Assembly: GCF_009914755.1 (NCBI RefSeq)
Contig: NC_060935.1
Length of the DNA stretch: 64,000 bases
Source of the DNA: the human T2T-CHM13v2.0 reference genome, Homo sapiens
Reading direction: 5' to 3' (one strand)
Below are positions 52,511 to 64,000 of the stretch, one piece after another. The notes below the pieces were generated by a model. It searched no databases. It was not told where the DNA came from and saw only the letters and a list, made by a program, of their open reading frames with translations. The position numbers and the translations under genes are program-made. Each line of letters begins with the position of its first letter. The stretch's first letter is position 1.

Positions 52511-53384
52511 TTGTGAACCAGGTGCTCTTCTTAGAGTTTCAGTCCCCATTCCTCAGGAGGGGGCTGGTGGTTGTGACAATCAAGTGAAGCACCCAGGAGA
52601 GGTGTTCTTGGGAAGCCAACACAGCACAGGGAGGGGCTGCTGACTCAGGAGGAGTTTTGGGGGAGGGAAGTCAAGACAAATTCACAAACTTGGAGAGGGG
52701 ACTCTTGAACTGGGTTTTCTAGAACCAGGACACAGTTGGGGGGGAAAATGGTATTTGCAGCTAAAGGCATAGCCTGTGCGAATGCCCAGAAATGTAAAAG
52801 CACATGAAACACTCAGAGGATGGCAACTAGCTTTTATCCCAAAGCCTCGGATCCATGTTTGAGAACAGCAAAAGTTGAGGCTTTTAAAATAGTGACACCA
52901 CAACAGAATTGTTTATGGAACTTAAAGATTTGATTTTAGATTCTAAAATTTATCTGGAAGAATAAATATGTACAAACAGCCAATGTAATTTTTAAAACAG
53001 AAGTGCTTATAAGAGTGGAAATTGGGGAGTGGAGTAGTTTGGCAGCATTTATTACAATTTAATTGCCCACATCTGAAGACCAAATAAATATACTTGTAGC
53101 TCTCTACCCTCTCCTCACATTATACCAAAAAAGCATGCAAATAAAATAATATTAACCACAACAAACTGAAGCAAGCTGTCCAGCAGCTAGAAAACTGATA
53201 CAAAATTTGTCCTATTGAATACATTGTAGATTTTTGTTGTCTGGTGGTAGTGTTTGTTTTTTAAGTGAAACCGAGATATGTGCTGATATGGAAAGTTTTT
53301 CATAATGTGTTGCTGAATGAAAAAGGCAAGTTGTAGAAGCATTTAGCTGTAATATGATACCAAATACCTGTATAAGGTGGTGAG

Positions 53385-53630
53385 AGACAATAGAGTGTAG
53401 TGGTTAGAGGGGTAAAGTTGGAACAGACCAGTCTGATTTGAGTCTAAGCTCAACCCTTCACTAGCTGTGTGGCCTTGGGAAAATTACTTAACCTCTCTGA
53501 GTGTCAGTTTCTTCTTTTATACAAAAGGGATAATAAAAATATTTACTTACTTATCTCAGAGAGTTATTGTGAGTACTGAATAATTTTTTTACGTGTAAAG
53601 CACCTGAGATAGCACCCACTACGCTCTTGG
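53385..53630 (+). mobile_element. MIR
   Basis: ctagctgtgtggccttgggaaaattacttaacctctctgagtgtcagtttc core. Confidence 0.75.
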
Positions 53631-54018
53631 TGCTTTGTGAAGCTAAATTCTATATATTAATGCCAACATGATGGAAACACCCAAAACTGAGGACAGTAAT
53701 ACCTTTGGAGAGAGGACTAAGTTTGAGAGTAGTTTGCATTGGGGATTTTCGCTTTATTTGTACATTTTACATTTTAACATTAGAAATTTCAGAATCTATG
53801 ATTATTTGTATTATTTGAGAAAGAAACATTAATACAATGTAAAAATATAAAACAAGTGAGATGAATGGTGTCCCAATCATATAGTACCTCCTGTCCTTTG
53901 TTCTCGATTTTGAAAATTATAGAGACACAATGGAGCAATTTCAAGCCAGGGATGACATAAGTAGCAAAGCTTAATGAGTTTTTAAAATACATTAAAATAT
54001 CAAATCTTAAAAAACTAT

Positions 54019-54180
54019 GGCCAAGTATGGTGCCACACACCTGTTTTCCCAGCTACTTGGGAGGCTGACGGGGGAGGATCAGTTGAGCTCAGGAGTTTGA
54101 AACTATCCTGGACAATACTACAAGATCTCATTTCAAAACAACAATAACAACAACAACAACAACAAAAAAAAACAGAAAAA
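54019..54180 (+). mobile_element. FLAM monomer with (CAA)n tail
   Basis: Monomer; TSD aaaaactat. Confidence 0.8.
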
Positions 54181-54649
54181 AACTATCAATAAAGAGAACG
54201 TTATTCTATGTTTCAAGAAAATATATTTGGAGTATTTATTCTGGGTGGGCATATAATATACATATATATACATGTATATATTTCACCTTATGTGTTTTAA
54301 GTAGGTGTAATGATACTAATCAAAGTTAACTTTTTTTGACATTTACTCTGTGCAAGGCACAGGTCTGGGAGATTTGCAAATGTAACTTTTTTTGCCCTTA
54401 CAGGAGCCTTTGAGATAGGAGCTCTTAGAAGTTATATTTAGAAGTGAGAAAACTGAGGCACAGAAAGTAAGTAGCTTGGGTCACACAAATAGGAAGTTGC
54501 AGGGCCAGGAATGAATCCAGGCATCTGACGCCAAAGGTCAAGCTCTTAGCCACTACCCTAAGAGAAGGAGAAAAGAATAACCAAATGTACTGTGTAAACT
54601 AACTTTCAGAACAGTGTAGCTCAGAGGCATTGACAAAGAAGAAAAGGAA

Positions 54650-55058
54650 GGTTGGAAGCTGTGGCTCAGACCCGTAATCCTAGCATTTTGGGAGAACAAT
54701 GTGGACAGACAGCTTGAGCCCAGGAGTTTGAGACCAACCTGGGTAATATGGTCAAATGTCATCTCCACTAAAAATACAAAAATTAGCTGGATGTCTAGCG
54801 TTTGCCTGTAGTCCCAGCTACCAAGGAGGCTGAGGTTGGAGGATCACTTGAGCCTGGGAAATCAAGACTAGTGAGCCATGATCGCTCCACGCACTCCAAC
54901 CTGGGCTGCGGAGTGAGACCCTGACTCAAAACAAACAAGCAGACAAACAAAAAAACAGAAGAAGAACAGAAACAGAAAAAACAAACAAACAAACAAAAAA
55001 CAGAAAAAGAACAGAAACAAAAAAACACACACAAAAAAACCAGAAAAAGAAAAAGAAA
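54650..55058 (+). mobile_element. AluJ with ~130-nt compound A-rich tail
   Basis: Dimer 54650-54926; tail 54927-55058. Confidence 0.88.
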
Positions 55059-55737
55059 ATGCCAACGTGACTCCATCAAGGTCTCATGTTCCAAGTGTTG
55101 ACATGGCAAATTTACTAATACAGTAAAGAAAATATTCTAAAAAATTCCCCCTTCATTCATTTAGTCCTTTTTTTTTTTTTTGCAACCATACCACAAATAT
55201 TTATTTAATAAGACGTTAGGAATCTAGGAGTGAATAAGCAAGATACTGTCTGTTCCTTGTTAAAGAATACAGTCTATTACTTGTAAAACAAATAATTACT
55301 TAATAATGACAGTGATGAGTGCCATGAAGACATGTCTTCCCTGAAAAAGTAACATTTCAAAGGAGGGTCTAAGGATAAGGATTAAACACATAAAGAGGTG
55401 TTGAAGAGCAATCTGAGTGTAGAGAACAGGAGAGCAATGGCTGGGATGTTGCATATGGTCAAGATATAGATATATTAGTGGAGCTGGATTGTAGTGAAAA
55501 TGGACTCTTTCATTTTCATGAAAATCAATCTGAGATTTCCTTTAGTTTGGTCCTTTGCTTATTAAATATATTTCCATTCTTCAAAGTCAGCCTCAAATGC
55601 CTATTCCCTTTCTCAAGCCTTTCCTGAAGTTTCTATTATTCTTTCCTCTGAACTCCCAGAGTGGTTTTATCCTACCCTTTCTAAAGTACCTGCATACATT
55701 ATAATTCAAGATTGATTTAGTATATTATCTATACTGA

Positions 55738-55889
55738 GTGCGCCACCACGCCCGGCTAATTTTTGCATTTGTAATAGCTATGGGGTTTCACCATGTTGGC
55801 CAGGCTGGTTTCGAAATCCTGACCTGAAGTGATCCACCCGCTTCAGCCTCCCAAAGTGCTGCGATTACAGGCGTGAGCCACCGCACCCC
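55738..55889 (-). mobile_element. AluS left-arm fragment
   Basis: gcgccaccacgcccggctaatttt...ggcgtgagccaccgc. Confidence 0.85.
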
Positions 55890-56060
55890 ACAAATGATAC
55901 TTTTTTTCTACACCATTCTAAATTATAGAACTCTTTAGGTCCCTGAGTTAATCATTCAACAGATACTTACTAAATTCCTGCTGTATATAAAAAGAAATCT
56001 GCCAGATGAAGCTAATCAAAGAATGCTGCTTTTCTGAATTAGTACTCTATACTTCAAAGC

Positions 56061-56131
56061 AAAAAAAAAGTAAGAAAAGAAAGAAAAGAAAAGAGAAAAG
56101 AAAACAAAAGGAAAGGAAAGAAGAAAAGAAA
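56061..56131. repeat. (GAAAA)n-like purine tract
   Basis: Direct observation. Confidence 0.9.
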
Positions 56132-56316
56132 CACCTGTTCACCTAGGGCTCACCCAACTCTCAACTAGGGTTCATACACTGCTTCCTGTCAGAGGTTGCA
56201 GTAGATTCCCTAACCACACATTAATGCATAGCCTTCCTTGTTAGTGCATAATTTATTAACTAGACTGCTGCTCCTAGTTTAATCACATCTTTTCTTATGA
56301 GACCAACGATATTCAC

Positions 56317-56380
56317 CTTCTATAGATGAGTCAGCATTAATATAAGCCACGCCACGCTCTTGAAGGAGTCTTGAATTCTC
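56317..56380 (-). CDS. FOLH1: FOLH1 exon 12 (64 nt)
   Basis: [21 protein letters not shown]. Confidence 0.97.
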
Positions 56381-57450
56381 CTATAATAAAAAGGAAAACT
56401 ATAAATATAAAGTTATAACCCACTCCCCCTCCCCCACAAAATGCACATCTACATTTAATGTATGTAGATTTCTAATTGAGCTGACCCATATTAACGACAA
56501 ATTTGACATAAGAAATTCTCATAAAAGAGCTGCTTTGAAAGAATTTCAATAAAGATTACTGGTAGGAAACAACAAGCAAAACTTGTTAAAAGCTAATATT
56601 TAAGATGAAATTGTCCATATACTTATGGTAAGTGGAAAATGAGTTAATTTCTTAACCATACTGTAGTTTATCTTTCAAAAAGTTGTCTTAGCAAACATGA
56701 ATGACCTAAGAGACTTTTCAGTGAAAATCTTCCTATAAACATCTCATTATTTAAGCAGAGAATCTTGTCTGATTCATATGGAATGAAGGTATTTTAAGTG
56801 TATGAAATTTTAAGTTAAATTTCATGTTACGAAAAATAAGTGAACTTAAATCATCTCCTGACCAGAAGTCAGGCTCTCCTGTAGGATGGTACCATCTCCT
56901 GGTCAATATTGATAATTGCACACTTTTAGAACAAAGCGTAGCAAAGTTTTTTTGAGATATCAATGTGAATTCTGAGTCTCTAAAATACATAATTTCCTAA
57001 GCATTCTGACTATAAGATAAAAAATGAAAAAAATACAACTGTAAGTGAAAAAAATAATTTGAAAGACACAAATTACACCGTCAAAATATTAGGTTCTTCC
57101 AGATAGTGGCAAAATTCTTTCTTATAAAACTTTGACTAAGTCTACAGGAGCACCATTTTTTTTTTCAAAGAAAATTAAAGTCCACAGGCACATAATATCT
57201 GGAGTATGAAAGGAGCCAGTAAATATTTACAGCATGACTGGAAATTAATGGAATAAACATTGACTTTGCATATATTTACTTTATAGCTAACGTTTCTGTT
57301 ATATAAAGCCAACAATACATGCAGGTAAAATTACTTTTCAAATGGCTTAGTAAATATTCTGTGGTGGAAATTTCTGCCTTACTTTTAGCATAATTTAACA
57401 TAGAGCAGGTCATTATGAATTAAGAAAGATAAATGAAAAGTATACCTTAC

Positions 57451-57729
57451 GGCCAGGCATGGTGACGCACGCCTGTATTCCTAGCACTTTGGGAGGCCGA
57501 GGCAGGCATATCACTTAAGCTCAGGAGTTTGAGGCCAGCCTGGCCAACACAGCAAAACCCTGTCTCTATTAAACATAAAAAAATTAGCCAGGTGTGGTGG
57601 CACATGCCTGTAATCCCAGCTACTCAGGAGCCTAGGGCAGGAGAATTGCTTGAACCCAGGATGCTGACGCTTCAGTGAGCAGAAATCACATCACTGTACT
57701 CCAGCCTGGGCAACAGAGCGAGACTCTGT
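57451..57729 (+). mobile_element. AluS lacking a poly(A) tail
   Basis: Dimer ends at gagactctgt, then unique sequence. Confidence 0.88.
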
Positions 57730-58312
57730 ATAGTTAGCTTTAGGAGATATTTTGGAAAGCGTAATAGAATCATGATAGAAATCAAACATGATACAGGAAA
57801 ATTTGGCTTCATGGTCAGGAAATAGAGACAATTTAACTTCATATTTTTCATAAATTTGAAATAGCTTAATTCCCTTTGAATCAGACAAGATTCTCCATTT
57901 AAATGACATGTTTATGCCAAGATATTCACTGAAAAGTCTGTTAAGTCGTTCATGTTTGCTAAGACAATATTTTGAAGAATAAACTACAATATGATTAAGA
58001 AACTAACTCCTTGTTTTGATGTTTGGTTTCTAGCATATCTACTTATTTACTCTCATACTCCCAGGAAATAAAGATAAATTAATTTTGACAATTGACATTA
58101 AGTGGCTCTAAAAGGTTCAAACAAAACTTAGTTCTTTAGCAACAGAGATTTTTATTGCTGATTTTTGAACAAGAATATGTTACTTCAGATTTTGGGGAAA
58201 AAACTTTGAATACTTTCTCATTATATTCACTTCTTATTTTTATGTGCTTGGCAAACAAGTCCTGGCTACTTTATTTTATAAAAATTTATATTATAGCAAA
58301 TTACCAACTAAC

Positions 58313-58395
58313 CTCTGCCCACTCAGTAGAACCAAGAAGACCAAATTCTTCTGCATCCCAGCTTGCAAACAAAATTGTTCTTCTAGGTCTCCACC
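58313..58395 (-). CDS. FOLH1: FOLH1 exon 11 (83 nt)
   Basis: [27 protein letters not shown]. Confidence 0.97.
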
Positions 58396-58934
58396 CTAAA
58401 ATGTATGTGTATATATAAATGATAGAAAAAAAATTCATAATATACCCAGGACACTACCAAGCCCAGATTGGAAAAAAAAAAAAAAAAGTCATTGATGGTT
58501 TGGGAAGGGCAAATTGTAGTAAAAAATCTTTACTTACGTAACTTTTTTTGTAAGATTTTAAAGTTGTCAATACAAAATAGCACAATTACATAGAAAAGGG
58601 GGGACATGTGACAGTAAAAATCTTGCAAGATCATAAAACATTCTAATAGGTTTATAATGATTCGCTATGCATAGGAAGTCATTGGTGGTCTGCAACTGCC
58701 TAGAACAAAGAAAGAAATTTCTAGATGCATTTGGTATTCTGAAAGCAGATATAACTGAAAGAAAATCCTTTAGAACTCTTTCCTGTTGTTCTGACATCAA
58801 ATGAACAATTGTTCAATATCAGCTGGTCCGTATGATTTCACACCATTCTCTGCCAGAATTAATCAACAAGGGCTCAGTTAGCAACAGCAATGTTTGCTGT
58901 TGCTGAAAACCACATAATTCAGCAGAGGGGTGAT

Positions 58935-59180
58935 GTGTCTCGGAGGTTATAAACACTGACCTTGGAGTTAAGGCAAGATCTTGTTTCAAACCCTGGTTCT
59001 CTCACTAGCAGCGTGACTGAGGGAAAGTTATTCAAACCTACTAAACTTCCATTTCTTCATCTGTATACAAGGAACAAGAGAGTAAAGATGAAGACACCAC
59101 TTGATTGTGGGAGGATTAAATGGAATAATGTTTAGAAAGCACTGAGTAGGTGCTTTCAAAATTGCGAGTAGTCATCATCT
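58935..59180 (+). mobile_element. MIR
   Basis: gtttcaaaccctggttctctcactagc...ttcttcatctgta...gaggattaaatg. Confidence 0.7.
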
Positions 59181-60474
59181 TAGTAAATATTCATGTGTGC
59201 TTAAGAATGTGTATACTATAGCTGTTAACTCGAGTCTTTTGTTTTTGTCAATAGTATTATTCAAATTTCCTATTATTATTCATCAGCATTCCATTTCTTT
59301 GGCATATTCTGTAATTGTCACAGTGATGTTTTGTATAGTTACCACAGGAATTTCCTAGAAAAATCATGAAACATTTTTGTAATAAAATTAAACACTACCT
59401 ACTTCATGAATTATGTAAATTTAGGTCTCCATTGTTTGTTTTCTTCAAATATAAGATAGCTGTGTAGAAAAAAGAACTGAGCGCCTTTACATTTTATTTT
59501 AAATAGAGACATCATGGTTTTGAGGACTGGTAGTGAGAAATTTGAGTTTCAGCCCTGATTCTCTTATGCTGCCACATGCTAGCTACATAATCCTGGGGAA
59601 ATTACTTGATTCTCTAAACCTTGGTTAACCTATCTGTAACATGAGAAGATAAGTAAATATGTCTTCTCCCTAGTTGCTATGACTTCAAAGAAGATAGGAC
59701 ATATAAAAAGTTTCTCAAAAAAAAAGTAAATACTATGCAAACAACATACATTATTGTTTTTATGGTTGATAAAAATATATAGATTACATTTTACAGCCCC
59801 AGACACCTTGTTTGCAGGGTCAATAAAGAGAATGAACTTCCTGCTCTCAATGTGTAATTATTATTTTAAAAAGCAAACATTTGAACTAAATTTTACTTTG
59901 GCTTTCATATGAAGATTCTAAAATGACTAAAGTGGTGATGTTACGAGTGTAAACCTAATTTTTGTGAGAGCACACCAGGGCTCAGGATGTGAGAACACAG
60001 ATTCCAAACTTTTGACAGAATCCCATTAGACCTAAGACCTGTATTTCTCTGAATAGAGCATCTATCTCCTTAATTACTTTGTACACGTAATCTGAGGTCT
60101 GGGGTTAGAAGAGACGGAGGAACGTCTGCTTACAGTCTCTGACTAGGAAGCTTTGGCTTATAATCTAATTTCAGTGTGTTTTCTCTAGTGATGTAACCCA
60201 TCTTCATCTTCTTAGTTGCCAAGAACAACCATTAACAGTATAATTCCTTTATTTCAGATTATCACTTAATACATAAATATCAATAATATATGTGTTATAT
60301 AAATAAATGCAAAAATAAATAAACAATATAATTAACCAACCAACACTGAAAATTGTATTAGTATTTTTACCAAACACATGTAATGGTTGAGGTAGTATTT
60401 TTATACTCCCTTTACAGAAGACTAAACTGAGACTCAGATAGGCTGTTTTTTTTCTTGCTATTTGTTTGTATTAC

Positions 60475-60594
60475 CTTCCTTTTTCAGTGTTCCAAAGCTC
60501 CTCACAATTTCATGAACAACAGCTGCTCCACTCTGAGGGTCAATACCACCAAACACCCATGAGTCCCGGTGACCTCCCAGAATGACATATCTGT
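60475..60594 (-). CDS. FOLH1: FOLH1 exon 10 (120 nt)
   Basis: [39 protein letters not shown]. Confidence 0.97.
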
Positions 60595-60986
60595 CTAGAA
60601 AGCATAGATACAAGATTATTTGTCATTTCAGGTCAATAAAAGAGAAAATTGCAAACGACTCAATAGCATCTAAATACAAAGCACTCACGCCTCAAAAAAA
60701 AAAAAAGGCTAGGTTCCCCAAGATTTGTGAAAATATGTTATTTCTGATTTTAATATGTGTTTCTTCTATCTGAGAAAGCATAAATGTGATAAAGCAAATA
60801 TATATTTCAATGTATTACTATAATTATAAGTACTACATTAAGTAATTAAGAAAGTTTAAGGTTATCCTTGTTCACATTTTTTGTAACTCTATTACTCCTC
60901 TCTTACCTAACTTACCACTTTCTAATATATTCAAAGTAAGAGAACATAGTGGCCACATAGGAAGTTCTCCAATTCCTATTCTTTCT

Positions 60987-61100
60987 ATTCAGTTTTTAAG
61001 GTACAGCTCAAATATTTTCTCCCTCCATTCAGTTTTTAAGGTACAGCTCAAATATTTTCTCCCTCTATGCAGTTTTTAAAGTACAGCTCAAGTATTTTCT
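60987..61100. repeat. 40-bp tandem repeat, ~2.85 copies
   Basis: Unit attcagtttttaaggtacagctcaaatattttctccctcc. Confidence 0.95.
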
Positions 61101-62010
61101 ATAGAAGAGGGAATTTCTTTGCCTACCCAGCTCTCAGGAGTGATAAAGCATTGATCACCCTTAAGCATATGGCTCCCTTCACAAACTGTCAGTTGTTTGT
61201 CTTGGGTCTGTGTCTTCTTTTATCTCCCCATTTCCAATGCTTATCATGGAACTGGCACAAAATAGGTACTCGGTATTATTCAACAGTAGCCACTTATATA
61301 TTGTTTAGTACTCTTTAGAATATGCAAACAACAAGGATATCAATATTCTTGATCTAAAATAAATCACTGGCTGCTTGTAAGAAACATGCAATTAATATGT
61401 TTAATATGCATTTAATAGTATCTGTTTTGGTAAGAAATACAGAACAAAATAGTTCATAAGAAACTGAGCCTTCATGAACTAAGACTACGTATAAAATGTA
61501 TTAATCAGTAGATCATCTGAACTTCTATGGAAATCATATGTCCATATATTTTATCAGTGGCTTTAGTGGTAGAAAATAAAACTATGAAAGGATTCATTAA
61601 TACAAGATTATCTTAATTTTCTAAGAGTGTGATATTTTATATAGATGTTTATAGTTATCATGAAGATATTTATGCAAAAATATGGTAAAAAAAAATTCAG
61701 AAAACTCGGAAGAAAACACATCTTTCCCTACCCTGCTTCCCTTGATCCTTTAATTGAGGCCTGCACAATTTATCATTCACCTTGGTCATCTGCCCAGCCT
61801 AGCACCAAACATTCACTTTTATTCACCACCTGTACCACAATACAAAATTATTTCATACTTATTTCCTTTGTTTTTAGGTGAGTTCCACCGATTTTCTTCG
61901 TTTGTTTGTTTGTTTGTTTGTTTTGATTCACTTTGCACTCCCAGAGCTTGGTAGTATCCAGCACATAACAGTTACTTGATCAATATTTGCTAAGCAAACG
62001 ATTCCTTTAC

Positions 62011-62096
62011 CTGGTTCCACTGCTCCTCTGAGAGTACCTATCACATTGTAAATTCTCGTCACTTCATTGGTAGAGTGGATGTGCATCTTGACTTTT
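62011..62096 (-). CDS. FOLH1: FOLH1 exon 9 (86 nt)
   Basis: [28 protein letters not shown]. Confidence 0.97.
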
Positions 62097-62152
62097 CTAA
62101 TGCAAAAATAAAAGACATTCTTAAAAAAAAAAACTGGTTAACAGATTAACAC

Positions 62153-62785
62153 TATAAGGTTTAAGGGAATTTTCCCCTCTGCCTTTGAAGGTTCAAGTCT
62201 GGTAAAATAAACTGAAAATTGATTAACAGGAGAAAAGGCATACAAACTTACTAACACACCAGTGTATACAGGAGCCAAACAAAATATGAGACTCAAACAA
62301 AGGCCAAATGGCTAAAGTTTAACTAGCACCCTCTTCATAGAGGAGGGGGAAGTGGGGGAGTGCAGGTGGTTTTGAGGGGTGGTAAATGGTTTTCAAGAGA
62401 GTTAAATGGGCCCAAAGAGCAGGCAATAGTTTATAAATAATTCTCTTTGGAACTTGAATGGAACTAGAGAACAGTCAACAGCTTGTGACAAAGCCTGTGC
62501 AGATAAAGTGATATGCCTCAGTCTTCCTTCCCACTACATGAGTTCAATCTTCCCTGGTTAATAAAATTTCAGGGAGGGGAAGGAAAGTCATTGTCTTCCT
62601 TCTGCAGGAGCTTCAGATAAGGGAACTTCAGAGAGAAACTTACACTCTGCTCTTGTGGGGTGAAGTAAGAGGTCAGAATTATTGATTCTGAAGCTGCATC
62701 TAAGGACTTTTATCCTTTAGTTCAAAGTGCTCAGCATGTCAAAACACCATACTTTGGGTTATTCATTTTCTGAGTTCCAGCAACA
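62153..62785 (-). mobile_element. ERV1 MER4-group solo LTR (LTR48/MER31/MER67-like) in FOLH1 intron 8
   Basis: Minus-strand start tgttgctggaactcagaaaa...ccaaagtatgg...gacatgctgagcactttgaactaaagg; 3' part gattaacaggagaaaaggcatacaaa. Confidence 0.7.
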
Positions 62786-62977
62786 CTCATAATTTTTAAA
62801 TCTTCAATCTTGCTTAAAGATTTCTAATTGTTCACAGGCAAAAATTACACTGGTTCTAACTTGCAGTTTTGTTTCCTGCTGGTATTACATAAATTTTACT
62901 TTTTCTGTCATCCTCTATAGTATTTTTTTCTTTAAGTCTCCCCCTTAAAAGAGTTAAAATTAAAATAGTCTCTTAAC

Positions 62978-63076
62978 TGTGTAGAAAAGTTTCCAGTAAA
63001 GCCAGGTCCAACATTGTAGGGCACTTTGAGACTTCCTCTCCAGCTGCTATCTGGTGGTGCTGAGCCACCCATTTTT
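62978..63076 (-). CDS. FOLH1: FOLH1 exon 8 (99 nt)
   Basis: [32 protein letters not shown]. Confidence 0.97.
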
Positions 63077-63139
63077 CTATTGGACACAAAAAAACATTAT
63101 TAGCCACAAAAAAACCTTGAAGTAACGCATTAAAATGTT

Positions 63140-63400
63140 AATGGATTCACTTTATTGAGCATCTGCTCATAATATCTTTAATGAGTGCAAAGTGCTTTGA
63201 ATATAATACGTCATTTAAACCTTACCATAATTCTGAGGAATTGCTACCTCCACTTCACAGATGGGGCACAGGAGGCTTAGATAACATGCCCAAAGTCATG
63301 CAACTAGTAAATGGTATAATTAAGATTCAAATTATTGATAAGAATTTGATCTGCCTTACCAGTATCTAGTAGTAAATCTAAAAGTGCTTTCCAGAGCATG
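63140..63400 (-). mobile_element. MIR
   Basis: ctttattgagcatctgct...cacttcacagatggggcacaggaggcttag...gcccaaagtcatgcaactagtaaatgg. Confidence 0.7.
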
Positions 63401-64000
63401 TGCTGAAGAAAGAGCTTGATGTCTAACTCTCTGAAATTTTCCATTCTTATTTGTCTCACTGGTATATAGTTATTTTTTACAAAGTACTTTCATACACACC
63501 TACTAAGAAGACAGGAGGATCAAAAGAAAGGATTTCATTTCAGAAGCCCCTAAAAGCTTCACGCTATTTTTTAAAATTCAGAAATAAAGATTCAGGCAGA
63601 CCACCCAGTATATGCCATGGTCCCTGGTTATCTTTCAGCAGGTGACCGAGAAAGAAAACATGGTAATGTTTATGAAATGGTGGGGTTCTTGTAGTTTCAC
63701 TTCAACATATCTGCCTTTACTGTATTAAGATGATGGATTAACTTATTCTTGATATGGGCATGTAAAACAATATACTTTTACTAAACAGCTACAGAGAGAC
63801 AAATGTGTTTCCAGACAAACTTAAGAGACTGAGTGTTCAAACTGAATAATCTCGACCTTAATTGTAACTATATTTTTATGAAAATCCAGCTGTAAGGCAA
63901 AAACAGACTTCTTTGGGCCTACCACGGGCATTTTGTTCCTGTTAAATGAATACTCCAAACCTTAAACCCAGCTCCACTTAAATAATGGCCTGGAAAAATA

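Noticed and set aside
54795-55109. Phe-rich, membrane-like ORFs
   Set aside because: Translation of the Alu tail microsatellite
56052-56131. Long polypyrimidine tract on the FOLH1 strand as a cryptic acceptor
   Set aside because: First AG is in a weak AAG context and I found no convincing partner donor
60987-61100. CRISPR-like periodicity
   Set aside because: Head-to-tail repeats with no spacers, in eukaryotic DNA

Overview
Primate (most likely human) genomic DNA matching the FOLH1/PSMA locus (11p11.12, from recalled locus knowledge). The minus strand carries three gene units. (1) FOLH1 exons 8-19 (33892-63076) with intact GT-AG junctions, intact catalytic residues and FOLH1-type rather than FOLH1B-type residues. 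(2) A degraded intronless UBTF-like retro-pseudogene (20780-21933). (3) A six-exon TRIM77 paralog (TRIM77BP-like, 4151-11712) with intact splice sites, one nonsense codon in the last exon and a lost RING cysteine. The rest is dense with L1, Alu, MaLR/ERV LTR, MIR, L2 and DNA-transposon remnants. I found no wholly new biological system. The most notable unexplained structures are: an apparent ~0.75-kb mRNA 3'-UTR retrocopy with a 16-bp TSD splitting a MER8 in FOLH1 intron 17; a tailless U2 snRNA fragment; a THE1 LTR with a DUX4 motif and strengthened splice donor; and two twin-primed L1 inversions. Repeat subfamily names and comparisons to reference proteins are from memory and need RepeatMasker/BLAST confirmation.
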